From a virus (taxonomy: Duplodnaviria > Caudoviricetes): a stretch of 64,000 nt of DNA. The stretch covers positions 155 through 64,154 of IMG/VR virus record IMGVR_UViG_3300043598_000004. One strand, given 5' to 3'. The notes beneath the pieces were generated by a model, which saw only the letters and a list, made by a program, of their open reading frames with translations, searched no databases and had not been told where the DNA came from. Shown here in pieces: positions 8,651 through 17,313 of this stretch (positions are counted from its first letter, which is position 1; each line of letters starts with the position of its first letter). A program made the translations under genes and the position numbers.

Positions 8651-9111
8651 AAGCACCGAGCACGCCAGCGCAGCCGTTGACCGATGTGCAGATCGCCGCC
8701 TTGCGTGCGCAGTACGGCATTACCTCCAACGGGCGAGGCATCAAGGAGTTCACGCAGGTTCGCGACTTTGCACGCGCAGCTATCGCGCAAGCCACCACAG
8801 CCACGCCAACGATGACTGATCCGGAGTGGGCAGTTTTGCAAGACAACAAACGTTACTGGCAAGAGCGGGCGCTGAGGGCTGAGGCACGGGCTCCCGCTCC
8901 CGTGGGGGTTGAGCAGAGCAGAATAATCGCCGAACTTCGATCCCTGCACGACAGCATTGCTCCTGGCGCCTCGCATCCGAATCGCGAGTGGAACAGTATC
9001 TACCGAGATGGACAACGAGCCGGGATCAAGCAAGCAATCGAAATCGTCGAGCGCACACCAACAGAGAGCGCAGCACCCATCGCGCCTGCATCCGAAGTGG
9101 AGGAGCTATGA
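8618..9111 (+). repeat. 33-bp direct repeat (8618-8650, 9079-9111) bracketing one gene
   Basis: atcgc(c/g)cctgcatccgaagtggaggagctatga, 32/33 identical. Confidence 0.95.
8647..9111 (+). CDS. Hypothetical protein between direct repeats, ends SEVEEL
   Basis: 154 aa ORF, GGAGGAG RBS, ATGA overlap. Confidence 0.75.
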   Translation: MKAPSTPAQPLTDVQIAALRAQYGITSNGRGIKEFTQVRDFARAAIAQATTATPTMTDPEWAVLQDNKRYWQERALRAEARAPAPVGVEQSRIIAELRSLHDSIAPGASHPNREWNSIYRDGQRAGIKQAIEIVERTPTESAAPIAPASEVEEL

Positions 9112-9623
9112 GAGTCAACATCTACGCTGAAGATATGACCGATCGTCTGTCGATCACATCCAAGGAATTCGACGGCCACGTCTACACGGGTCTTCGGTTC
9201 TGGCTTGAACTGCCGGCGACAGTGAGCGGCAAGCAGTATCAAGGTCCGTTCATGCACAAGCCAGGAGACGACGACAGCAGTGCCGTTACCTTTTGGGGCA
9301 AGCGGGACTTGCGCGAGGTTTTGAAGAAGGCCCTGGACATGCTCGATGAGCATTATGAGAAGCGTGATGGTCCTTCAACTGCGGCCAACCCCTTCGAGGA
9401 TTGCTGCGGCCAGGGGTGCGCCGTGTGCAAGGTCAAGGAAGATGCACCAAGCGACCTCGCACCTGGACCCCGTAAACATGCCCTGTGGGAGACAAAGGAT
9501 GCCAACCGTCCATTGGTCATTTGCGACAGCAATGGTGAAGTGGTACTCGATTTGTGCAAGGTCTGTGGCAAGGCTGAAATCGAATTGGTCGACACCCCCG
9601 AGTGTCCCGGTGCTCATGCCTAG
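9108..9623 (+). CDS. Hypothetical protein with C-terminal Cys clusters
   Basis: Start MRVNIYAE at 9108; CCGQGCAVC and CDS...CKVC motifs. Confidence 0.75.
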   Translation: MRVNIYAEDMTDRLSITSKEFDGHVYTGLRFWLELPATVSGKQYQGPFMHKPGDDDSSAVTFWGKRDLREVLKKALDMLDEHYEKRDGPSTAANPFEDCCGQGCAVCKVKEDAPSDLAPGPRKHALWETKDANRPLVICDSNGEVVLDLCKVCGKAEIELVDTPECPGAHA

Positions 9624-9936
9624 CCGTGCTGTCTACGGACCTATGCGCGTGCAGACGAACTATCACGTGGGCATCATGGTTTTCGTTGAACTGCATCACC
9701 GTATCTTTAAAGGCACCTTTGGCAAAGTCGATCAGCCATTGCGTGATGACGCGTACAGCATGCGTGATTACTGCCTCGATGCCCCGAGCGAAATGCCTGC
9801 GGGCTCGATGGAATGGATCAGCGTAGGACCCAACGACGATGACGGTACATGGTGGCCGACAACTATCAACCGTGATGAGGAATACACGGACTGGTGCAAG
9901 ACGCGACCCTTTTGGGGTTCGAAGGAAAAACAATGA
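9616..9936 (+). CDS. Hypothetical protein
   Basis: Fills gap, overlaps both neighbours; start uncertain. Confidence 0.6.
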   Translation: MPSRAVYGPMRVQTNYHVGIMVFVELHHRIFKGTFGKVDQPLRDDAYSMRDYCLDAPSEMPAGSMEWISVGPNDDDGTWWPTTINRDEEYTDWCKTRPFWGSKEKQ

Positions 9937-10319
9937 TCATCAGTAAAGAATTGGTTTTCGAATGGCTATGCCGCAAATACGTGCAGCGGCAGGACTTGCG
10001 TCAACTGGCATTGAACCTTCAATACACCGAAGCTGAAACGCACGACTTGACCGATGGATTCATGAAGCTCATTGAGAGCTATGAGCCCTTGACGCAGGCG
10101 CCCATCGACATGATCTTGCATTGCCCGCAGTGCCACGTGCAGCACATCGATGAGCCTGAGCGTTCGCTTGGTACAGGAAACAGCGAACGACTCGACTGGG
10201 ACAACCCACCGCATCGATCGCATCTTTGCGGAAACTGCGGCTGTATCTGGCGTCCTGCCGACGTGCCAACCAACGGGGTTGCTGCGATCAAGACCAAGGG
10301 AAAGGCGGACACGACATGA
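9933..10319 (+). CDS. Zinc-ribbon-like protein
   Basis: HCPQCHVQHID...HRSHLCGNCG; AAGGA RBS. Confidence 0.75.
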   Translation: MIISKELVFEWLCRKYVQRQDLRQLALNLQYTEAETHDLTDGFMKLIESYEPLTQAPIDMILHCPQCHVQHIDEPERSLGTGNSERLDWDNPPHRSHLCGNCGCIWRPADVPTNGVAAIKTKGKADTT

Positions 10320-10612
10320 CAACGGTCTATCAAATCGACGGATTGCATCACGAAGGTATCAAGCGACGTGTCAACTTCGTGAAGGCCACAGCGAAGTTCT
10401 ACGTCTTCGAATACTTGGATCAAAAAGGCATGCCCTTTCCACGGCGCGAACAGATCGACCCCACTGGCAAGAACAAAGTCTTCTACACGTGGGAAGACGC
10501 ACGTGGCGAGTACCTGCGGCGCACCGTGAAGCGCCTGAACTCCTGCAAGGCCACCGTTGTCAAGCTCGAAGCCAAGGTCCACCGCATCTCGAAAATGAAG
10601 GAGCCAAGATGA
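10316..10612 (+). CDS. Hypothetical protein
   Basis: ATGA overlap. Confidence 0.7.
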   Translation: MTTVYQIDGLHHEGIKRRVNFVKATAKFYVFEYLDQKGMPFPRREQIDPTGKNKVFYTWEDARGEYLRRTVKRLNSCKATVVKLEAKVHRISKMKEPR

Positions 10613-11010
10613 TTCCCGACAAAATTGAAGAGGCAATGTCACTTTTGATCAAGTCATTGACCGATGGTATCCAGCACATCGAAGTGCCAGAGGACGATCA
10701 GTACATGCTCGATGCGGCGCACAGCCGCGTGCTTGAACTGCGCAGCTTGCTGAGTGCCATCACCGGCAAGGGCGTTCCATTCGTGACGCAGGTTCGCCCC
10801 CTAACGCATGCGATCGACAACTTCATGAAGCGCATGGAAGCTGAGTACATGCAGCCCATACCCGATGACATCGACGACCTGGAAAAGCAGTTGATGACTC
10901 GCGATGAGATCGATCAACTGATGAATCAGGCACGCATCGCGGCCCTCTCGTTCCTGGCACACATCAACGCGTGCTATCTCCTGATACCAACCCTCAAAAG
11001 AGTTAAATGA
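10609..11010 (+). CDS. Hypothetical protein
   Basis: AAGGAG RBS, ATGA overlap. Confidence 0.7.
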   Translation: MIPDKIEEAMSLLIKSLTDGIQHIEVPEDDQYMLDAAHSRVLELRSLLSAITGKGVPFVTQVRPLTHAIDNFMKRMEAEYMQPIPDDIDDLEKQLMTRDEIDQLMNQARIAALSFLAHINACYLLIPTLKRVK

Positions 11011-11507
11011 CAAAACCTCACATCCTCACCACGTTCAGAGTCGTCGTTGAAACCGAAGGCGAAGTAAAAGACTTAGGGAAGTACATCGAAATTCGCATCC
11101 ACTCGCTTGAGAACAACGGAGGGCGCGTGGTCAATGCAACTGCCCTTGAAGTGGCGCGATCGGTCATGCCGCCCAAGATGACGCTTGCCGAGATCGCGAA
11201 GGCTGTCGAGCTTTACCACGGGCGCAAGGGCGCCAGCGATGTTGCTATCAAAACGATAGCACCCGAGCCAGTTGCCGTGCCGTGCGCCGAGGATGCTATC
11301 GAAACGATAGCAAAAACCTTCACAGGCTACCTGCAGACCGTAGGTCCGATCGTCGACGGGATTCAAACAGGCAACGGGCACGCCGTCGATGGCCAACCGA
11401 CGCTTGTGAACATGGATGCGATCAGCAAGATCATCGAGGAGGAAGAGGCGAACCCGCATCCCTTGCGCGGCACTGCAGCCGCCCCACTGCAGGAAGGCGA
11501 ACAGTAA
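11007..11507 (+). CDS. Hypothetical protein
   Basis: 166 aa ORF, overlaps both neighbours. Confidence 0.7.
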   Translation: MTKPHILTTFRVVVETEGEVKDLGKYIEIRIHSLENNGGRVVNATALEVARSVMPPKMTLAEIAKAVELYHGRKGASDVAIKTIAPEPVAVPCAEDAIETIAKTFTGYLQTVGPIVDGIQTGNGHAVDGQPTLVNMDAISKIIEEEEANPHPLRGTAAAPLQEGEQ

Positions 11508-12553
11508 TGGAAGCAAAGCTGTTCAAGAACTTCCATGTGATCGAGCACGCCCTGAACAGTGCAGTTAACCTGGACGAACTGCACAACTTCGAAGCCGTTG
11601 ATCCTACGGGCGGGTCGTGGCGCACGATGGGGTTCGTTCCTGTCGACGTGGACAACGAGTTGACTATGGATGTCCAGGGTGCAGCCCTCCTCGTGTGCGT
11701 CCAGGTCAATGAACGCATCCTGCCTGGTGCAGTGCTTCGAGAGAAGATGGTCGAGCGCATCGCGAGCATACAGGCCCGCGAGGGGCGCAAGCTCGGCAAG
11801 AAAGAGTACGCGCAGATCAGGGATGAAATTGAGTTCGAGCTTTTGCCCACGGCTTTCATTCGCAGAAAGCTGGTGCCAATCATGTTCACCAACAACAATC
11901 GCACGCTGATCTTCACAGCAAGCGCCAAGCTGTGCGATGACATCTTTGTGTTGCTGATGAGGGCCTGCCCTGGCTACGCTGAACTGAAACCGCAAGCGTT
12001 GGATTCCGTGGTCAAGAACAGCATCGCGGGGACGCTGACGACGTTGGCCAAGGACGGTCAAACCGACATGGTGGACGACGATGACAGGGCGACTGACTAC
12101 ATCGGCGTAGCCAACGCCGCTGTGCTCAAAGGCGACGGCAAGAAAACGATTCGCATCAAGGACAAGAACATCGCTGAGTCCGACATGCAAGCGTTGCTCA
12201 AGCAAGACTACACCGTGACAGCCTTGCGCCTGGACTTCTTCGAGGCCAACAGCATCGAGGATGAAGCAGCAACGTTCACGCTCAACGAGCACCTTGTCAT
12301 CAGTGCCCTGGTCCTCGCGAACATCGACGTGGGCAAAGAAAAAGGCAAGGCTGAAGAGTTCGACAAGTTCATGGCGACAGCGTGGGCTGTGGCGATCATC
12401 ACACATCAAATCATCGAGGCAATCATCCGCGTGATGGGAGGTTATCGAGATCCAAGCGAAGTCGATGCCGGCGACGAACTCATTGAAGAATCCATTGAAC
12501 TCGTGAAGTCCATGAAGCCGGTCACTGTCGACGACGACGACGACGAACTCTGA
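11507..12553 (+). CDS. rdgC: Recombination-associated protein RdgC, ends DDDDDEL
   Basis: FKN start, GFVP, ERILPGAV, EGRKLGKKE..QIRDEI..ELLPTAF signature. Confidence 0.9.
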   Translation: MEAKLFKNFHVIEHALNSAVNLDELHNFEAVDPTGGSWRTMGFVPVDVDNELTMDVQGAALLVCVQVNERILPGAVLREKMVERIASIQAREGRKLGKKEYAQIRDEIEFELLPTAFIRRKLVPIMFTNNNRTLIFTASAKLCDDIFVLLMRACPGYAELKPQALDSVVKNSIAGTLTTLAKDGQTDMVDDDDRATDYIGVANAAVLKGDGKKTIRIKDKNIAESDMQALLKQDYTVTALRLDFFEANSIEDEAATFTLNEHLVISALVLANIDVGKEKGKAEEFDKFMATAWAVAIITHQIIEAIIRVMGGYRDPSEVDAGDELIEESIELVKSMKPVTVDDDDDEL

Positions 12554-12840
12554 TGCGCATCCAAATCATTCCAGACGATGACGTTCCATCGCCGAAAGCA
12601 CGCGGCCGTGGTCGGCCCGTAGACGTGCACACGCAAGTGCAAGTCAATCAGTTCCTTGCAATGAAGATCGGGCAGAGCTTCTTTGTGCAGGACGCGAAGA
12701 GCCGCGATCTTGAGTACCTCCGCAGACCGATCAAAAAGGCCGGCGCAGGGATACGCATCATCGAAGTCAAACAGGATGAAATTTATGGCACCGCTGGCGT
12801 TCGATGCTGGCGCGAAGCCGGAGAGTACGACGAACTATGA
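12553..12840 (+). CDS. Small putative DNA-binding protein with AT-hook-like RGRGRP, ends EYDEL
   Basis: RGRGRP, MKIGQSFFV, GVRCWR motifs. Confidence 0.65.
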   Translation: MRIQIIPDDDVPSPKARGRGRPVDVHTQVQVNQFLAMKIGQSFFVQDAKSRDLEYLRRPIKKAGAGIRIIEVKQDEIYGTAGVRCWREAGEYDEL

Positions 12841-13265
12841 ACACACAAATCAAACCCCTGGCCTGGACCCCTTACGAGATCACTGCCGTCGAATGCAACA
12901 ACCGCATGGGCTTCGTTGGCCGTGCAGCTGCAATGTTTATCGACGGCATCGAAGTGATCATGACAACTCGCAATGACGTGGAACTGAAACGCATCGGTGC
13001 GTTCCTGACCATGGGGAACTTCGACGCTGAGACGATTTACAAGGCGACGGTGATCAACAGCGAAGGTATCCAGGTCGTCATCCCCGAAGTGACGATTCCA
13101 ACGCTTACTTCAGAAGTTGAGCCTGCCCCCGACGTGCCCCGCGAGATTCCTACTTTCCAAGGCAGGCCGATCGCGAAGTACGTCACACCGACAGCGGAGC
13201 CAGCGGCCAAGGCTGTCAATGAAAATACGCCAGTGCCTTCGACTGCCGATGACGACGAACTCTAG
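12837..13265 (+). CDS. Hypothetical protein with Pro/Thr-rich tail, ends DDDEL
   Basis: ATGA overlap. Confidence 0.75.
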   Translation: MNTQIKPLAWTPYEITAVECNNRMGFVGRAAAMFIDGIEVIMTTRNDVELKRIGAFLTMGNFDAETIYKATVINSEGIQVVIPEVTIPTLTSEVEPAPDVPREIPTFQGRPIAKYVTPTAEPAAKAVNENTPVPSTADDDEL

Positions 13266-13443
13266 CTCCGAGCCGCGCAGTGGTGCCCTGCGTTATCGCA
13301 ATGAAGAAGGCGAATGGATCGTGGCCAACCCTGGTGATGCCCTGTACTCAACCCTCAGCATGATTGGCACGGAGTACTACACCGCGCACGGATGGGAAGC
13401 GATCTATCTGCCTGACGACGGCGATGACGATGATGTCGAATGA
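13249..13443 (+). CDS. Small acidic protein, ends DDGDDDDVE
   Basis: ATG lies within the DDDEL codons of the upstream gene. Confidence 0.55.
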   Translation: MTTNSSSEPRSGALRYRNEEGEWIVANPGDALYSTLSMIGTEYYTAHGWEAIYLPDDGDDDDVE

Positions 13444-13551
13444 TGACAGTCTTCCACAGCCTCACGCGCAGCACACGAAAGAATCCAGGGCGCATCGGAT
13501 ATTTTCAGGACCAGATACGCGAGTTCGCATTTCACTTCCAAAGGAGAACAA

Positions 13552-13845
13552 ATGATCCGAGTGGACATAACGCAAGGCAGGTTGGACAGTCGCAACCACG
13601 AGATTCTCATAGGCGAGATGATCGTGAAAGCGTTGAAGGTTTCCGGCATCCCTGCAGAGGGCGCCTTCACTGTTCAGGGTGTCGAGCGCGGGCAATTGAT
13701 CTACGAGCGTGGTGAAGGCGGCGTGCACATCTTTCGCTGGCGCGAGGACGCGGAGGACAGGGATACCAATTGGACCCGTGGTCCGGTGCATGAGAACGCA
13801 ACGATCTTCTACAGCGGACGACACGCTGAGGACGACGAACTGTGA
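13552..13845 (+). CDS. Hypothetical protein, ends EDDEL
   Basis: AAGGAG RBS. Confidence 0.75.
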   Translation: MIRVDITQGRLDSRNHEILIGEMIVKALKVSGIPAEGAFTVQGVERGQLIYERGEGGVHIFRWREDAEDRDTNWTRGPVHENATIFYSGRHAEDDEL

Positions 13846-14300
13846 GCCCCGCACATGAAGAGATTTTCGCTTTCACGGATTCGTACGAGTTCCTATCGAA
13901 CTTCTATCCATGGTTCGTGCAGTTCGAAGGTCAGTCGTACCCCACAGCTGAGCATGCGTATCAGGCTGCGAAGTTCAGGGACCCCAAGGATCGCCAACTG
14001 ATTGCGCAGTGCACGACCCCAGGTCGAGCAAAGAAAGCGGCGCATGCGATGACGTGGCGAGCGGACCCGACCTTTCCTGAACGCAAGCTCGAAGTCATGG
14101 AAGTTGTTCTTCGAGACAAGTTCATGCCACGTAGCCGCATGGCTGACAAGCTCATCGCGACAATACCGTGTCAACTCATCGAAGGCAACAACCATGGTGA
14201 TCGCTACTGGGGTGTTTGCAAGGGTGCAGGCTTCAACCATCTCGGCAAGATTCTGATGACGATTCGCGACAGTCTTGTAGAAAGTTCTTGCAACTCGTAG
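13842..14300 (+). CDS. NADAR family (YbiA-like) N-glycosidase
   Basis: FLSNFY, YPTAEHAYQAAKF, LIEGN..GDRYWG, G.NHLGKILM.IR. Confidence 0.92.
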   Translation: MSPAHEEIFAFTDSYEFLSNFYPWFVQFEGQSYPTAEHAYQAAKFRDPKDRQLIAQCTTPGRAKKAAHAMTWRADPTFPERKLEVMEVVLRDKFMPRSRMADKLIATIPCQLIEGNNHGDRYWGVCKGAGFNHLGKILMTIRDSLVESSCNS

Positions 14301-14316
14301 AGATTGTTTCTATAGT
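14288..14316 (+). promoter_or_regulatory. Putative sigma70 promoter
   Basis: TTGCAA-17 nt-TATAGT. Confidence 0.7.
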
Positions 14317-14390
14317 TCGCCCATCGATTGACAAGTTGTTGATAAGAGCAACGAATCGGTACCTCCCCTCAACTGAAAAGGAAACCTCAA

Positions 14391-15104
14391 ATGAAAAGCA
14401 CTTTCAAATCCCTCCTGGTCATTTCGCTCATCGCCGCAAGCATGGCGGCATCAGCGCAGACCAGCATGACCAACGCAGGCGCGATCGGTAACAGCACTCG
14501 TGCCGTCGCCGACGTGAACGGCGCACCAGGAACGTCCTTCAGCGTCTCTCGCGGTGAAGCTGGCGCAACGGCCGCAGGCTCAGTCTCGATGATCCCTGGC
14601 ACAGCCAACGGCCTCACGGGCGCTGTGGGCTTCGTGACCGGCGACAGCACGACCCGCAACGTGGCAACGGCGTTCAACGTCTCCACTGGTGCAGGCACAG
14701 GCTCGGGCTCAAGCACCGGCTTTGCCGACTCGACATCGTTCGGTGCAGCCACGTTCGCCGCAGCGCCAGGGATGGGCCTGAGCCTGGCAGGAAGCAGCGA
14801 CACCGGTTCGCGTGACGGCTCGAATGGATCGAACGCATCGGTGACTGTGGGGACCAATCAGGATGCCGGCGCCTTCGGCTCCTCGCACGGGTCCTTCAAC
14901 GTGAGCGGCTTCGTGGGTGCAGCCACGGGCGCGACAACGATCTTCGTGGGCTCGGTGGCCGACGTGAAGACCAGTGAGGCACAGGCTGAAACCTTTCGCA
15001 TGACCTTCACCGGCACGCAACCCGTGGGCATGACGCAAGGCTCGATGTCGGCCCACGGCGCAGCTGAAGTCACCACGTCCGCCAGCTTCAGCGACGTTCG
15101 CTGA
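14391..15104 (+). CDS. Exported Gly/Ala/Ser/Thr-rich protein
   Basis: Signal peptide MKSTFKSLLVISLIAASMAASA; mature part low-complexity, no Cys. Confidence 0.8.
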   Translation: MKSTFKSLLVISLIAASMAASAQTSMTNAGAIGNSTRAVADVNGAPGTSFSVSRGEAGATAAGSVSMIPGTANGLTGAVGFVTGDSTTRNVATAFNVSTGAGTGSGSSTGFADSTSFGAATFAAAPGMGLSLAGSSDTGSRDGSNGSNASVTVGTNQDAGAFGSSHGSFNVSGFVGAATGATTIFVGSVADVKTSEAQAETFRMTFTGTQPVGMTQGSMSAHGAAEVTTSASFSDVR

Positions 15105-15175
15105 TCAGACAGGTACGGCTCCACCTGATTGCCAACGGGCCACAGAATAATTCTTCCTTTGAAAGGATCAATCCC

Positions 15176-15874
15176 ATGTTGAAATTCTCCAAACCGTTCG
15201 GCTATATTTTTGTCGTCCTGTGCATGCTCATCATCATCGCCTTCGGGATGTCCGAAGCCAATGCACAAGTGACAGGCACAGTCGACTCATCGACGCAGAG
15301 CCAGGCCGGCGCGAACAACGCAGGCAACGTGCAGTCGGTCAATCCGACCATGGTCTTCAACCAGGCGTCGGCTACACCGTTTTCATCCACGGAGATTCGC
15401 TACAGCGGGTCGCAGACGATCAAGACCGTGCCCAACGTGATCGCACCTGGCCTTGTCGCCACGCCGGCATCGTGCCTTGGCTCGCGCAGCGGTGGCTTCG
15501 CATTGACAGGCGTGGGTGCAACCGGAGGCTCGACGTACGAAGATGGCCCATGCAACGGGCGCGAGGGCGCCAAGGTCCTTCATGTCATGGGCATGCAGGA
15601 CGCGGCCATCGAGCGCCTCTGCCTCGTCTCTCAGGAACGAGAGGCGATCGAAGCTGGATTCCTGAAGACTCGCGCAGCGTGGGTGCGCAGTGCCACCGAG
15701 GCTCGAAGCAGTGGCAACCCGCCACCAGCGCTGAAGGCCGTGCCTCGATGCAAGCTGGACCAGGACATCGAGACAGCCAACGATGAGCAAGCTCGACGTG
15801 AGAAGATATCCCAGTCCGAACCCACGGCGCCGGCGGCGATGCTCGCGATCGGCATCCTTGATATCAAGCGGTGA
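15176..15874 (+). CDS. Exported Cys-containing protein
   Basis: N-terminal hydrophobic segment ending ANA; APGL...CLGS.SGG...GGST..D.PC...LC motif. Confidence 0.8.
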   Translation: MLKFSKPFGYIFVVLCMLIIIAFGMSEANAQVTGTVDSSTQSQAGANNAGNVQSVNPTMVFNQASATPFSSTEIRYSGSQTIKTVPNVIAPGLVATPASCLGSRSGGFALTGVGATGGSTYEDGPCNGREGAKVLHVMGMQDAAIERLCLVSQEREAIEAGFLKTRAAWVRSATEARSSGNPPPALKAVPRCKLDQDIETANDEQARREKISQSEPTAPAAMLAIGILDIKR

Positions 15875-16086
15875 ACACCATGGCCAGAAAAGACATGACC
15901 TTGAATCTTCGCCGTGAGAACGGGAAGAAAATCACCCTCGAAGCCACCGACAGAGGGCTCGTTGCCTTCATCATATGGAAGAGAAACGATACACCTGCCC
16001 TGGTGCTAGCACTTGAACGCGACGAAGCTGACGTGCTTTCAGAGATGCTTGACATTGCCGGGCTCGAAGCCGACAAAGCGGCTTGA
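15871..16086 (+). CDS. Hypothetical protein
   Basis: 71 aa ORF, GTGA overlap. Confidence 0.65.
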   Translation: MNTMARKDMTLNLRRENGKKITLEATDRGLVAFIIWKRNDTPALVLALERDEADVLSEMLDIAGLEADKAA

Positions 16087-16122
16087 TTCTGTTCCTCCTC
16101 CTGCGGTGCAATACCGCAGTTC

Positions 16123-16151
16123 ACCGTGCATCGAAAGGTGCACGGTTTTTT
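16123..16151 (+). terminator. Rho-independent terminator
   Basis: accgtgca-tcgaaagg-tgcacggt hairpin plus T run. Confidence 0.8.
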
Positions 16152-16165
16152 CTTGTCGAAAGTTC

Positions 16166-16194
16166 TTGCAGCATAGAAACATTGCGCTTATGAT
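16166..16194 (+). promoter_or_regulatory. Putative sigma70 promoter
   Basis: TTGCAG-17 nt-TATGAT; shares CTTGT(A/C)GAAAGTTCTTGCA with 14274-14292. Confidence 0.7.
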
Positions 16195-16227
16195 TCGCTA
16201 TCAACAACTCGTCGATAGGAGCAACAG

Positions 16228-16509
16228 ATGGCAGTTAGTCAGTTTCGAAAGTCATTCTTCAAGCAGACCGTGTTCGAATGCCGCGTCTGCCATCGTCGCA
16301 CCCGTGACACGGGCGACAACGGCGCAATCGAGCTTTGCCCCCAGTGCTATATCGCAGCGAGTATCGAGAACGGCCTGAACGACGGTCACTTCGGCGAGAA
16401 GCATTCGCCCGCGTACAAGCAAGCGGATGCCGAGTACAACCACCTGCGGCAAGCCGCCGTCGATCTCGGCGGCATCATCCACGGTTTCACCAAACGAGGA
16501 AAATCATGA
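16228..16509 (+). CDS. Zinc-finger protein
   Basis: CRVC...LCPQC; AGGAG RBS. Confidence 0.75.
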   Translation: MAVSQFRKSFFKQTVFECRVCHRRTRDTGDNGAIELCPQCYIAASIENGLNDGHFGEKHSPAYKQADAEYNHLRQAAVDLGGIIHGFTKRGKS

Positions 16510-16712
16510 CCAATCAGGAATTTCGAGTAGCCCCGACCGTCCTCAGCGATAACTCCGTTGTCTACGACGTGGTGGGCTTCGACGGCCAGTGCAAGATCAC
16601 AATCAACTGCACCACCGAAGTCGGCGCGATCAACGTGGCGCACGCGCTAAACAACGGCGTGGACGTGAATAGCTTCACCATCGACGTTCTGCCGCACCTG
16701 AAATCGTCATGA
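16506..16712 (+). CDS. Hypothetical protein
   Basis: GAGGA RBS, ATGA overlap. Confidence 0.7.
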   Translation: MTNQEFRVAPTVLSDNSVVYDVVGFDGQCKITINCTTEVGAINVAHALNNGVDVNSFTIDVLPHLKSS

Positions 16713-16972
16713 ACGTTGACAGCGACGGCGTGATTGAAGGTCCTCCGCGTTCAGCTGCCGTCGCTGAACTGTGGGAGGCGGCGCAACTGGCCAAGGCCAA
16801 CATGCAGGCCATTTCCAATGACCTTTGCGCTGCGGTGATCAAGGCCGCTGATGCAGGCGTCACCATCCGTGGCATGAAAGTGACCACGGATAACCATTCA
16901 CGACAAGCCGCAAGTCATCCTAACGGTATCGAGTTCTTTTATTTCCTACCCGAGGTAATCATTCAACTATGA
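16709..16972 (+). CDS. Hypothetical protein
   Basis: ATGA overlaps. Confidence 0.65.
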   Translation: MNVDSDGVIEGPPRSAAVAELWEAAQLAKANMQAISNDLCAAVIKAADAGVTIRGMKVTTDNHSRQAASHPNGIEFFYFLPEVIIQL

Positions 16973-17313
16973 ATAACAGTCCCACCCGGTCAGGCTTCAT
17001 GGTCCCATTCAACATGACAGGCATCCACACACGCGACACAGTGATCAAGCATCTCAACCATATCATTTTGTTGATGATGAAGGACAACGCTGAATACGTC
17101 AGTGGGGAGGGCGTCAGTACCGATCGAAGTGATCTCAACGAAAACACGGTGCGCGTCACTCTCAGCATCGATCTCGTGTTCGATCTTCACTACCCGGAGA
17201 AACGGCCCACGGTCACGGCAACCAAACCAGGCAAGGTCGCCAAGACCTATTCAAGCATGGGACCCGTGCCGCCTCCCATCACTGAGCCAAGCGAAAAGGG
17301 CTCAGGTAAATGA
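16969..17313 (+). CDS. Hypothetical protein
   Basis: ATGA overlaps. Confidence 0.65.
   Translation: MNNSPTRSGFMVPFNMTGIHTRDTVIKHLNHIILLMMKDNAEYVSGEGVSTDRSDLNENTVRVTLSIDLVFDLHYPEKRPTVTATKPGKVAKTYSSMGPVPPPITEPSEKGSGK

Noticed and set aside
8636-9111. EVEEL ends counted as independent evidence for the tag
   Set aside because: They are one duplicated DNA sequence and GAG GAG CTA TGA is explained by Shine-Dalgarno plus ATGA overlap; listed only as variants
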